This document shows positions 1 to 8,896 of a DNA stretch of 64,000 bases, piece by piece. The stretch's first letter is position 1. Each line of letters begins with the position of its first letter. The translations under genes and the position numbers were made by a program. Below the pieces are notes generated by a model. It made no database searches. It was not told where the DNA came from and saw only the letters and a list, made by a program, of their open reading frames with translations. Origin of the DNA: an uncultured virus (IMG/VR IMGVR_UViG_3300034106_003629) (taxonomy: Duplodnaviria > Heunggongvirae > Uroviricota > Caudoviricetes); the IMG/VR virus record IMGVR_UViG_3300034106_003629. One strand, written 5' to 3'.

Positions 1-103
1 ATATTAGAACAAGTTTTCAACCACTCAACATAGAGTGTTTGTCCTAAATCAACAAATCGTTCTTGAGAGAAGTCAGTCATCAGGTGTTTGTTTCTATGAG
101 AGT

Positions 104-160
104 ATTATAAGGCAAAAGAGCACCCTGTGGGATGCTCCTGGGCCAGTTCGTCAAGTGTCT
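104..160 (-). promoter_or_regulatory. Putative early promoter: dyad box + stem-loop + TATAAT (copy 1)
   Basis: Minus strand GACACTTgacgAACTGGCCC, then GAGCATCC..GGGTGCTC hairpin, then TGCCT-TATAAT; 34 nt from AACTG to the -10. Confidence 0.7.
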
Positions 161-714
161 ACCCAACGGAAACCCAAAAGTTTATTCATAAAGAACCGAA
201 CAATCGCAGTCGGTTTCTTATCCATATAATACTTCAAATACCCATTTCCAAAGGTATAATACCCAACTTCTTTACCACCTGATTTAATCACAAAACTGGA
301 AGTAATATTACCACCAGTCGCAGTAAGTTTAGAGTAATCTAATGTAAGTTTGAGTGGAAATCTTCCATTCTCACGAGCATACTCAATATCCTCAATAATC
401 TTGGTAATCTTTTTACTAAACTGATACTCTTGATAATATTTGAGTTGTGCGAACTTGTATTCTACATCCTCAATCTGTTTATCAATCTTCTCATCAAACT
501 CTTGTGAGATTTCTTCTAATGACTTGCGTGGTAATTCAAATTTGATTTCTTGTGGCTCATTCGGGATCGTGAAGTATTCTTTGAGAAGTTCATATTGTTC
601 GTTGTCTTCTTCGGCAGAAGCATACAAGTTCATACACTCAAAGACATTTTTTATATCTTTGATGGTTTTGATTTTACTTATATCAAGTTTGTGATTTAAT
701 CGTTTTTCAGTCAT
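151..714 (-). CDS. Hypothetical phage protein
   Basis: 187-aa ORF with ATGA coupling to the upstream ORF; no recognisable motif. Confidence 0.6.
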   Translation of the reverse strand: MTEKRLNHKLDISKIKTIKDIKNVFECMNLYASAEEDNEQYELLKEYFTIPNEPQEIKFELPRKSLEEISQEFDEKIDKQIEDVEYKFAQLKYYQEYQFSKKITKIIEDIEYARENGRFPLKLTLDYSKLTATGGNITSSFVIKSGGKEVGYYTFGNGYLKYYMDKKPTAIVRFFMNKLLGFRWVDT

Positions 715-837
715 TCTTCATCTTCCACATTTCCCCAACGATTTAATGCCTCACGAATAGTGTTTCTAACTTCGGGATAAAGACTGTAATACCCTCCAAT
801 CTCATCCCAGAGTTCATCAATTTGTTCGTCAGTTGGT

Positions 838-1026
838 TCAGTCATTTTTCTTATAAAACTCTATTTTAAGTTGAGTAATGAGTAAATCAACTTTATCTTC
901 AATACGAGTAAGTCGTTCCTCAATTGTGTCTATACGATACTCATCAATTGCTTCTTTTTTAACTGAATACGGGTCAATCGTAGCCATAGTTCCTTGTAGT
1001 GAATTGAGTAGTTGTTCGTCAGTCAT
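838..1026 (-). CDS. Hypothetical protein (short coiled coil)
   Basis: 62-aa ORF in a chain of overlapping minus-strand ORFs. Confidence 0.6.
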   Translation of the reverse strand: MTDEQLLNSLQGTMATIDPYSVKKEAIDEYRIDTIEERLTRIEDKVDLLITQLKIEFYKKND

Positions 1027-1313
1027 TTTTTGTTTCCCTTTGAATAATCTCTTTGACTACATTATACTTGATTTTATCAATTTCTTCATTCACCCACTTC
1101 TTCACACCCTCATTCATACTTTTGAGTGTGGTTTCCCATTCTTCGTCAGTCATCGTTCAGCAACCACGATAAAGTCATTCATAGAAATACTCCTCTTACT
1201 TTTAGCAAGAATACCTTGATTTGGAAAATAAGGAACTGCCACAAGATTATAGAATGGTCTTAACTGCTCATAGAGAGTATAAAGGTGTCCGTCTTTCTTG
1301 TATCGGTAGAGTT

Positions 1314-1517
1314 TCATAGTGCCTCCAATTCATCAGCAAGTTCATAAAGCAATCGAGCATCAACTACCATATCTTCTATATCCTGGTCTCTACAACACTG
1401 ATAGTATTGATGTTCATTCACAATAGCACGAATAACAGCAACAACTCCATCTTTTGGAAAGTTGTAAGTATCCTCTGCTTCGTATGCTTTCATAATCTTT
1501 TGTGCTCGTTCAGTCAT
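1314..1517 (-). CDS. Small protein, MTERAQKI family, copy A
   Basis: MTERAQKI...ADELEAL; similar to neighbours. Confidence 0.7.
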   Translation of the reverse strand: MTERAQKIMKAYEAEDTYNFPKDGVVAVIRAIVNEHQYYQCCRDQDIEDMVVDARLLYELADELEAL

Positions 1518-1690
1518 AGTGCCTCCACATTATAGGAAAGACGATTTAGATAATCTACATCAGGGTCAAAATAAAGTTGGTCAGCAATCTCACGGATAGC
1601 AGTAGCAAGTGCTTCTTTCATATCATCTGTGGGTTCAACAATCAATTCACCTTTGAATGCTTCCCAAACTTTGTATGCTGCGTCAGTCAT
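1514..1690 (-). CDS. Small protein, MTERAQKI-like family, copy B (not in ORF track)
   Basis: Manual translation MTDAAYKVWEAFKGELIVEPTDDMKEALATAIREIADQLYFDPDVDYLNRLSYNVEAL, 58 aa; overlaps both neighbours. Confidence 0.65.
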   Translation of the reverse strand: MTDAAYKVWEAFKGELIVEPTDDMKEALATAIREIADQLYFDPDVDYLNRLSYNVEAL

Positions 1691-1908
1691 CATAGTTTCT
1701 CCAGTTCCTCACACAATTCTAACACATCAGCACACATAATCACACCAGGACTTTGTTGGAGTTGGTTGATTGTCTCACGAAGAACAGAAGCAATAATTTT
1801 TCTACTATCCTTATCCAAATAAGTAGAAAAGTTCTCCACAGGAGTCATTAGTGCTTCTGAATATCCGTTGATGTAAGTATCCCAGATTTTTTGTGCTCTT
1901 TCAGTCAT
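1690..1908 (-). CDS. Small protein, MTERAQKI family, copy C
   Basis: MTERAQKIW...IASVLRETINQL...EELEKL. Confidence 0.7.
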   Translation of the reverse strand: MTERAQKIWDTYINGYSEALMTPVENFSTYLDKDSRKIIASVLRETINQLQQSPGVIMCADVLELCEELEKL

Positions 1909-2129
1909 AGCAACTCCAATTCATCACAAATACCATCAATCTCTTTGAGACATTCATCCCATCCAGCATTAAACATCACATCCAGTTCATCAGTAAAATC
2001 AACCTTATTAGTTCCTGATAGTTGCTTACGAAGATGTTGTAGAACTTCTTGAAGCATCCAAGCAGTATTGTGTGCTTCACTTTTACAAATAACTTTTAGG
2101 AGTTCTTCTGCTCGTTGTTGGTTAGTCAT
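1905..2129 (-). CDS. Small protein, MTERAQKI-like family, copy D (diverged)
   Basis: MTNQQRAEEL...LQEVLQHLRKQL...ICDELELL. Confidence 0.65.
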   Translation of the reverse strand: MTNQQRAEELLKVICKSEAHNTAWMLQEVLQHLRKQLSGTNKVDFTDELDVMFNAGWDECLKEIDGICDELELL

Positions 2130-4427
2130 TTTAGTTTCTCTTTGAGTTCCTCAATTTTCTTGGACATCATACCAATGGTTTCATAACACCATTCTCTGTC
2201 TTTTTCCAAATCCTCAATCACCAAACGAGCAACTAAGGGCCATTCGTCCTTTGAGTTCTGCCACCAATCCTTATAATCTTTCGGCATAACTTTCGAGAGT
2301 TCCTCATCGTATGCTTGTAGTCGTTCAAGGTCAGTCATTCTTCCCACCCATCAAAGTATTCTGTGAAAAAGTTGAAACTCAATCCAACATCACCAAACTG
2401 AAAATCTGCTCCAAAAAGAGAAGAAGAAGTAAAAAATGAGAGCATGATGTGAAATCCACCATTACTATGGACTAAACTACTGGGATTTTCATAATTCACC
2501 CAAAGTAATGAACGATTGTTGATGACACCGAACTGCCAAGTGCGGTCAGTTTCATCATTATCCCAAACTTTTTTATCGTGTTGAAAGAGTTTCACTGTGG
2601 GTCTCCAATAAGTCCAGTAGGTCCAAAAGTATCAAATGTAGTATCTTCCATCCATTCCCTCAAATCAACGATTTCATACCAATCATTACTATACTTATCT
2701 TTAGATAGTTCTTCCCATTTTTCTTTTGCTTCTTCTTCGGTAGAATAACAAGCAACCCAATCACCAGTATAAGCAGAAGGGTAATAGTTGTCCCCAACAA
2801 TCAAAAGATAAGGTTTAGTCATCGGTCAAAGTATCCAGAAGGTTTGTAATCACTAATGTATTGAGTTTTTAGTTGAACATCAAAGGGGTCAATATCGGGG
2901 TATTTTTCTTTGAGGTAGGTTTTGCATTCATCACGGGTAGAAAATGCACAAAGAATATTTCCGTGATAGAGTGCGACTTCAATTGCTTCAATCATTCTTC
3001 ATCCTCCTCCTCTTCATCACCCTCCCAGTCAATCTCAACAGTTTCAAACTGTTCTACATTAGTATAAGGCATAGGATTTGCAGGTCCTCCCATCTCATAA
3101 TGGATTTTATCAAACAATTCATTAAGCACTAAACTCTCAAATCCTTCTTGGTCTGGATAATCCTCCCAGTCTTCAAACATTTCAGTTGTGGGAGCAACTG
3201 TGAGAGTTCTGGTGTATGTAACTGTGATTGCTTTGAGTTGGATTTTAGTCATTCTTCATCCTCACAAGGGAACATTTCGTCGTATGCTTCAGCAGTCAGC
3301 ACAAGATACTCTACATTTTTAGCATCTTTGTGGTCTTCGTAATACACCATACGATAATGGTTGAAGTCGTTGAGGTCTGTGCTGCCGTATTCTACGACAC
3401 CATCAACAAGGCAGAGGTAGTTCATTTCAGTTTTTGCAGTTGGTAAATGAGATGGTTGATGTCGTCAGCATCTACATAAGTTCCAGAATAACCACAGTCC
3501 TCCTCATCACAACTTTCGTGCTCATAAGCAAGGTTATCCAGCAGATACTGAAGAGTAGCAATACATACACGAGCACGATCACCTGTTTTGGGTCGTAGAG
3601 TGTATTCTTCTGTGACCTTGATTAGCGTCTCTGCGTGTGTTTTTTGTGGTAATGATTTAGTCATGGTTTCACAGTTTGAATGAGAATTCGTTCTTTGGTA
3701 GTGTCCCGTGCTTTTGCAAGTTGTTCAATCGCCTCTTGATTTCGTTTGGGCAACTGATCCCATTCTACTTGCTTTTCAATATAAGGTGATGGGAGAAATT
3801 TATCAATCTTATGACATACTTTATCCAGAGAGTTGGAAATAAACTCTGCCGTTGCTTGTGCAATCGCAAACGGACCAAGCACAATCAACCGAATTGCAAC
3901 AAAATGTGGAATGTATTTGAGGTAGGGATAGGTTTTAGTCATTGGAATGAAGAATAGAGAGCATTTGTTGATGGTAGGCATCTGCTTCAACCTCACATTG
4001 ATGAGATTCAGTTGGATCATCAATATGGTATTGTTTCATATCCAGAGTGTGCATCACCTCACCAAGAAGATCAACGAGTGCATCAATCTTTTGTGCGTCA
4101 GTCATTTACCTGTAAGATAGTTGAGGTCACTTACGATGCGTTGTGCTTCTTCTGGTGAGTTACATTCCTCTACAATGTAACTAAATCCATTTGAGAATGT
4201 TCGGCGGATTTTGTTACCTTCAGCAAAATAAGTTCCATAGCGAGCAGGGAACTGATTTAGGATTGCTCTGATCATCGAATATACAAATACTTTTTGTTTT
4301 TAATCATGTGGTCTAAGACCATGGCAATCTTCTGTTCATATGTGGGATTATTGTGCTTCATACACTCCACATAAGCATCATGTAGACGAGCATAAAGATC
4401 ATCCCAGTGTTGTTTGTTGATAGGGGT
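2126..4427 (-). CDS. Run of about 10 small, translationally coupled hypothetical ORFs (50-95 aa)
   Basis: Contiguous ORFs with ATGA-type overlaps, e.g. 2335-2595, 2592-2822, 2992-3252, 3422-3664; no recognisable domains. Confidence 0.55.
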
Positions 4428-4451
4428 CATCGGTTTGTTGTGTATGAAGTC

Positions 4452-4509
4452 ATTATACGGCAAAAAGGGCACCTATGGAGATGCCCTTGTACCAGTTCTT
4501 CAAGTGTCC
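4452..4509 (-). promoter_or_regulatory. Putative early promoter: dyad box + stem-loop + TATAAT (copy 2)
   Basis: GGACACTTgaagAACTGGTAC, then AAGGGCA..TGCCCTT hairpin, then TGCCG-TATAAT; 35 nt spacing. Confidence 0.7.
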
Positions 4510-4802
4510 TTGTATTTCTCCTCTACTTCCTGAACCCGTTCCATAAAAGTATCATCACCGTGATCACCACTATAAAGATAATCAATATGCCTCATAATCT
4601 CTGACATCTTACGCATCTTTGGCAGTTGTTCTTTCAGATACTCAATCACTTCTGGTTCGTGGTTAGGATACCACTCATAACCATAAGTTCGGTCCTCATT
4701 TCTCTCCTTACCGTTGTTGAGAATTTCTTCTTCCAACTCATCAGCAAATTGTCCCACCTTGTAGTAATCGTAACCACAATCTCCAAAGTGCCCGCCGCTC
4801 AT
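4500..4802 (-). CDS. Hypothetical phage protein (MSGGHF... type)
   Basis: 100 aa ending in a IDYLYSGDHGDDTF motif. Confidence 0.65.
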   Translation of the reverse strand: MSGGHFGDCGYDYYKVGQFADELEEEILNNGKERNEDRTYGYEWYPNHEPEVIEYLKEQLPKMRKMSEIMRHIDYLYSGDHGDDTFMERVQEVEEKYKDT

Positions 4803-5200
4803 TTCTTACCCTCCAGAATGTCAAGTTTTTCGTGAATAAAATCAGTGATATCAATGGTATTCGCATCCACACCTTCTTCTTGGCAGTCAAGAATAAACTC
4901 CATGAATGCACTAAGAATCAAGCAGGTGCGACGATGATCGTGCTCTGTGATGGTAGTATGCGGATCGGCAACATACTTGACGATGTAACCATAGAGTTCG
5001 TCGTAAGTCATTGTTGTGCTTCAATAATAGATTTGATAGTTTTGAGATCTTCTAATCGTGCTTTGTGTTCATCATACTGCTCACAGAAGTCATCCATTCG
5101 TTCTTGATGTCCTTCATCATCATAGTTGGTTTCTTCACGGATTTCCCATTCAATATCAGAAAGATATGCTTGAGTATCATCAATGAAGTATTCAAGAGTG

Positions 5201-5470
5201 TCAAGGAGTGGCATTTTCGGGAACGGGAGGAGGTGGTGTTGGAGCGGGAAGTGATGTTGGTTGAACGATAGGTGCTGGAAGATTAATTGGTGGTGGAGCA
5301 ACTTGTGGTTCTTGTACTTCTTTAAGTTTCTTCTCCAGTTCCATAACCTTTTGATCTAATGGACTCAAAGGAACTTCTTTTTGAGAATCTGCTAGTTTCC
5401 AACCAGTAGCACCAGCAGCAAAAATACTTGCAAGTGCAGCAAAAACAGAAACAGTCTTAGAAAAACTCAT
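5201..5470 (-). CDS. Membrane-anchored Pro-rich protein
   Basis: N-terminal hydrophobic helix, coiled segment, Pro-rich tail. Confidence 0.6.
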   Translation of the reverse strand: MSFSKTVSVFAALASIFAAGATGWKLADSQKEVPLSPLDQKVMELEKKLKEVQEPQVAPPPINLPAPIVQPTSLPAPTPPPPVPENATP

Positions 5471-5682
5471 TCAACAACCTCCCAATGTGCGTCAGATTTG
5501 TCACCGAAACGATTAACACCAATACGAGTGCTAACCCAGAAAAAGTATTTACGATTTTCGGAAGCAAGAAACAATTCACCGCCAGTATCCTGCTCTACAA
5601 TACAAACAGGATTGTTGTCCATAGTATTAGCAAGACGATTCTTCGCTTTGCTGCTTTTGGGTTTGACTGTTACTCGACGCAT
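5467..5682 (-). CDS. Hypothetical protein, MRRVTV family, copy 1
   Basis: Highly similar to 8325-8519 and related to 24950-25144. Confidence 0.7.
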   Translation of the reverse strand: MRRVTVKPKSSKAKNRLANTMDNNPVCIVEQDTGGELFLASENRKYFFWVSTRIGVNRFGDKSDAHWEVVE

Positions 5683-6074
5683 TGATCTTTCTCATCAGTC
5701 AGGACAGTTCCCATAGGGCCTTTTTTAAGTCGTGCCCACTCTGCTTCTGCTTCTCGCATATCATCAAACTTCTTCTTCAAGTCCTCACCCAAAGTCAGTT
5801 CAAACTCATCGGCAACCTTACGCATATCTTCTTGACTTCTCTCTTCACCAAATGCAAGACCACAACCACCTTTCATAATGTTGATTTCACTGTGACCCAT
5901 TGCACGGGCAACAGTTGCGAAGAAGCGAAACAGTTGATAAATGTTAAGGTCTTCGGCAGGAACCTGAAAAGTATAATGCTCTTCGGGGAGCACTGTATCA
6001 TCAAAACCACTACTGTAATTGGTGGAAGTCCATTCAGAATCAAACTGAACTTTCAGGGTTGCTTTGTAGGTCAT
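5670..6074 (-). CDS. Hypothetical protein (start re-assigned to MTYKATLK)
   Basis: ATG just downstream of promoter copy 3. Confidence 0.6.
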   Translation of the reverse strand: MTYKATLKVQFDSEWTSTNYSSGFDDTVLPEEHYTFQVPAEDLNIYQLFRFFATVARAMGHSEINIMKGGCGLAFGEERSQEDMRKVADEFELTLGEDLKKKFDDMREAEAEWARLKKGPMGTVLTDEKDQCVE

Positions 6075-6225
6075 AATTGAGTTCAACAAGAGGTTTTTTG
6101 TCTGTGATGTAATCATACAGCATCTGGGCGAACCCGTACTGGGGTCTTGTGCCAGTTTCAATACTGGTTGATGTGGCAACAGTCCACATTATATCCAGTT
6201 CTTTCTTATCAGGTAGTGGTTTCAT
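6040..6225 (-). CDS. Small protein LDIMWTVATSTSIETGTRP family, copy 1 (overlaps promoter element)
   Basis: Paralogue at 8696-8896 keeps the same frame. Confidence 0.5.
   Translation of the reverse strand: MKPLPDKKELDIMWTVATSTSIETGTRPQYGFAQMLYDYITDKKPLVELNYDLQSNPESSV
6112..6168 (-). promoter_or_regulatory. Putative early promoter (copy 3)
   Basis: ACCAGTAttgaAACTGGCAC, 35 nt, then TATGAT preceded by TGCTG. Confidence 0.6.
6140..6200. repeat. 61-bp perfect direct repeat, copy A (copy B at 8811-8871)
   Basis: tggggtcttgtgccagtttcaatactggttgatgtggcaacagtccacattatatccagtt is identical at both sites; similarity extends about 40 bp further left. Confidence 0.95.
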
Positions 6226-6387
6226 CAAAGTCAAAGTATTCATAGATTGAAGACATAACCTGCTCCTCAATATGTTCACAGATTGATTCTTCAGTTGGAT
6301 TTTCTACATGTTTGTGTGCGTGACGATAACCGTAACGAACACCTTCATCAATTGCCTGTTCCAAGATAACACGGAACTTAGGTTTCA

Positions 6388-6798
6388 TCATTTGTTCATT
6401 TGAAGAGTAGGAACAGGCATACCACCTTCAGTTGGCACATAAACAGTTACGTTACCTTTGTTAGAACCTTCTTCCAATCCAGTGATATACAGATACTGAA
6501 GATACTCACGGTTGTCTTTCAGCGAATCACCGATGATTTGGTTTGCTTTAGCAACACCACCAGCACGAATAACCTCTGCCTCAGCAAGTTGTTGGGCACT
6601 ATCTTTCTTTGCTTGTGCCTCAAGAACTGCTACCTGACGAGTGTATTCTGCCTTCTGGAGTTCTGCTTTACCAGCTAGCGATTGTTGCCACACGTTGTAT
6701 TGAGGACCCCCGATGAATACGATGGCAGCAAACACACCCACACCAAGCACAATCCAAGCAACAGCGGGGTCAATAGAACCAGAATTACGATTAGTCAT
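6388..6798 (-). CDS. Membrane protein with SPFH/band-7-like C-terminal coiled coil
   Basis: N-terminal TM helix then PQYNVWQQ...AEAEVIRAGGVAKANQIIGDSL. Confidence 0.6.
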   Translation of the reverse strand: MTNRNSGSIDPAVAWIVLGVGVFAAIVFIGGPQYNVWQQSLAGKAELQKAEYTRQVAVLEAQAKKDSAQQLAEAEVIRAGGVAKANQIIGDSLKDNREYLQYLYITGLEEGSNKGNVTVYVPTEGGMPVPTLQMNK

Positions 6799-6983
6799 TT
6801 TGTAGAAACGTTAGATTTAAAAATAAGATTAGCAAGGAAGATGATAGCAAAGTTCTGCCAGAAGGACAAGGATACACCAAACCAAGACAGAATCAATCCA
6901 AGCAACCATGCTTCAAAGAATAGTCCCGCAACAGCAAGGACAATTACACCAAAAGCAACACCAAGAGCAGTAGAAGTTTTCAT
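6795..6983 (-). CDS. Small two-TM membrane protein
   Basis: Almost entirely hydrophobic, about 62 aa. Confidence 0.6.
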   Translation of the reverse strand: MKTSTALGVAFGVIVLAVAGLFFEAWLLGLILSWFGVSLSFWQNFAIIFLANLIFKSNVSTK

Positions 6984-7045
6984 TAACAATTTTCCTCGAT
7001 AGTAGAGAGCATAAATTCAGTCAAACATGTGTTTGGACCGAAGTT

Positions 7046-7102
7046 ATTATAAACCATAAATTTAATTGATGTGGCACCAGTGGACAGTTTATCAACTGTT
7101 CC
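7046..7102 (-). promoter_or_regulatory. Putative early promoter (copy 4)
   Basis: GGAACAGTTgataAACTGTCCAC near-perfect dyad, 33 nt, then TATAAT. Confidence 0.6.
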
Positions 7103-7910
7103 AGACAGCAAGCAATTCCTTAACTTTTTCTCTTGAGTTTTTGTTTGCAGCAATTGTTCTAGAAACATCAATAGTCGTTAGAGATGCTGAGGAATATAAT
7201 TCCCGTGCTGCTGGAGTGTCATGATTGCTAACAATAACACGAGCACCACGATTAGCAAGATTTAGAACTAAATCACGCAAACGAACTTGATCAGCATAAT
7301 TAAAACCACATGATGCATAATCAGTGAAGTATGCAGTATCATTAATAGGCAGATATGGTGGATCAAAATAGACCACTGTGTTGGAATCTATATTTTGATA
7401 CAATTCATCTGCAGCAAAGTCATATGCAGTCATACGAACAGATTGATTTTGCTTGAATACTTCTTTGAAGTTTTCCATTTCTTTACGGGGGAAGTATGGA
7501 GAACTATACTTACCAAAAGGAACATTGAACTGTCCCTTTTTGTTATAACGAGTCAACCCATTAAAACAATGACGATTCAAATAGATGAATAAAATCGCTT
7601 TATGACGAGAATCTGAGGTTGTATTGAAAATATCACGATACTGATAAAAAACTTCTTGGTTATTGCTATCAGCACACACTTTCTCACAATCATCAACAAA
7701 CTCTTCGTCATTCATTACATAACGATAAAGAGAAATCAAATCACTATTAAAATCATTCAACACCATACAATCAGATGCTACGTTAAGTGCAACTGCCATT
7801 GAACCAGAGAATGGTTCAATGTATTGTTTGGGAGAACCAATCAACGGCAAGATATGAGGCAGAACACGATACTTGCTACCTGCCCATTTTAAAAATGGTT
7901 TATTAGTCAC
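7092..7910 (-). CDS. dam: DNA adenine methyltransferase, Dam/D12 class
   Basis: KPFLKWAGSK, YIEPFSGS (motif I), LNRHCFNGLTRYN, YFDPPY (motif IV); probable GTG start overlapping the nuclease stop. Confidence 0.92.
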   Translation of the reverse strand: MTNKPFLKWAGSKYRVLPHILPLIGSPKQYIEPFSGSMAVALNVASDCMVLNDFNSDLISLYRYVMNDEEFVDDCEKVCADSNNQEVFYQYRDIFNTTSDSRHKAILFIYLNRHCFNGLTRYNKKGQFNVPFGKYSSPYFPRKEMENFKEVFKQNQSVRMTAYDFAADELYQNIDSNTVVYFDPPYLPINDTAYFTDYASCGFNYADQVRLRDLVLNLANRGARVIVSNHDTPAARELYSSASLTTIDVSRTIAANKNSREKVKELLAVWNS

Positions 7911-8325
7911 AGAGAAATTCCTCAACAAATTGTTCGTGTGAAATAATGCGTACAGTTGGGTAAATCTTCTTCATATCACTTTGAAACTGTTCACCCAAAT
8001 AATAATCCTTCCACTTCCAAGCTTTATCGGGACCAGCAAGAACAAGAATAGCAGAGTCATATCCATAATCAACACAAGTGTGATGCAATTTCATAATTTC
8101 AAAAGGAACCTTTTCTTCAGCAGTTCCTTGAACACGTTGATACTTGAGACTCAACAATATATCTCCATTAAGGAGTATATCTACATAATGCTTGCCACCA
8201 TTACGCTTCAGACCAACATTAACTTGTGATTGAAATTCATGACTAGTGTATTGCTCCAATAAACTTTCAATTTCTTTTTCATATGTTGTGCCAGTGGTAG
8301 TATCCCGCGATGCAGTAGTAGACAT
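7903..8325 (-). CDS. Small PD-(D/E)XK restriction-like endonuclease
   Basis: GTTYEKEI...HYVDILL...SLKYQRVQGTAEEKVPFE; adjacent to dam. Confidence 0.7.
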   Translation of the reverse strand: MSTTASRDTTTGTTYEKEIESLLEQYTSHEFQSQVNVGLKRNGGKHYVDILLNGDILLSLKYQRVQGTAEEKVPFEIMKLHHTCVDYGYDSAILVLAGPDKAWKWKDYYLGEQFQSDMKKIYPTVRIISHEQFVEEFLCD

Positions 8326-8519
8326 TAAATAACCTCCCAATCACATTCCCAAAAATCGTTAATATTCACCCAGAAAAAGTATTTCTGGTTCTCTGATGCA
8401 AGAAACATCATACCATCACCTTTGTCCTGCTCTACAATGCAGATAGGATTGTTGTCCATCATATTCGCAAGGCGGTTTTTAGCCTTCTTGCTTTTGGGTC
8501 TGACTGTTACTCTTCTCAT
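8325..8519 (-). CDS. Hypothetical protein, MRRVTV family, copy 2
   Basis: Paralogue of 5467-5682. Confidence 0.7.
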   Translation of the reverse strand: MRRVTVRPKSKKAKNRLANMMDNNPICIVEQDKGDGMMFLASENQKYFFWVNINDFWECDWEVI

Positions 8520-8736
8520 TTTGAATCTCCAGTTTCAGTTTGCGAATACCAGTAACAAAGTAAGCAAAGTCACGGGTTTCAGTGATAGGTTTGGTTTCAC
8601 CACATACACCACATTTTGCTTCATAAACAGAGGAGCATCCTACAGAATATACTCCATACTTCTTCCCACAATCAAAACAAGTATTGTAAGCAGTCTCAAG
8701 TTTCTTGAGTAGTGCCTTCTTCTCTTTGAGGTCCAT
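8479..8736 (-). CDS. Putative Zn-ribbon protein
   Basis: CFDC...CGVC pairs; start re-assigned to MDLKEKK. Confidence 0.6.
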   Translation of the reverse strand: MDLKEKKALLKKLETAYNTCFDCGKKYGVYSVGCSSVYEAKCGVCGETKPITETRDFAYFVTGIRKLKLEIQNEKSNSQTQKQEG

Positions 8737-8896
8737 CGTAAAGTTCAACTCCGTATTTGTTTTTGAGGTTGTCTGTGAGGTAATCATACAGCAGGTCGGC
8801 AAACCCGTAATGGGGTCTTGTGCCAGTTTCAATACTGGTTGATGTGGCAACAGTCCACATTATATCCAGTTGTAGTTTATCTGGTAAATTCTTCAT
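8696..8896 (-). CDS. Small protein LDIMWTVATSTSIETGTRP family, copy 2
   Basis: Paralogue of 6040-6225. Confidence 0.5.
   Translation of the reverse strand: MKNLPDKLQLDIMWTVATSTSIETGTRPHYGFADLLYDYLTDNLKNKYGVELYDGPQREEGTTQET
8783..8839 (-). promoter_or_regulatory. Putative early promoter (copy 5)
   Basis: Same dyad as copy 3; 35 nt to TATGAT. Confidence 0.6.
8811..8871. repeat. 61-bp perfect direct repeat, copy B
   Basis: Identical to 6140-6200, offset 2671 bp. Confidence 0.95.

Noticed and set aside
6074..6179. N-terminal extensions MPHQPVLKLAQDP... on ORFs 5670-6179 and 8479-8850
   Set aside because: They are alternative-frame read-outs of the repeated promoter cassette; real starts are more plausibly downstream of the -10 box
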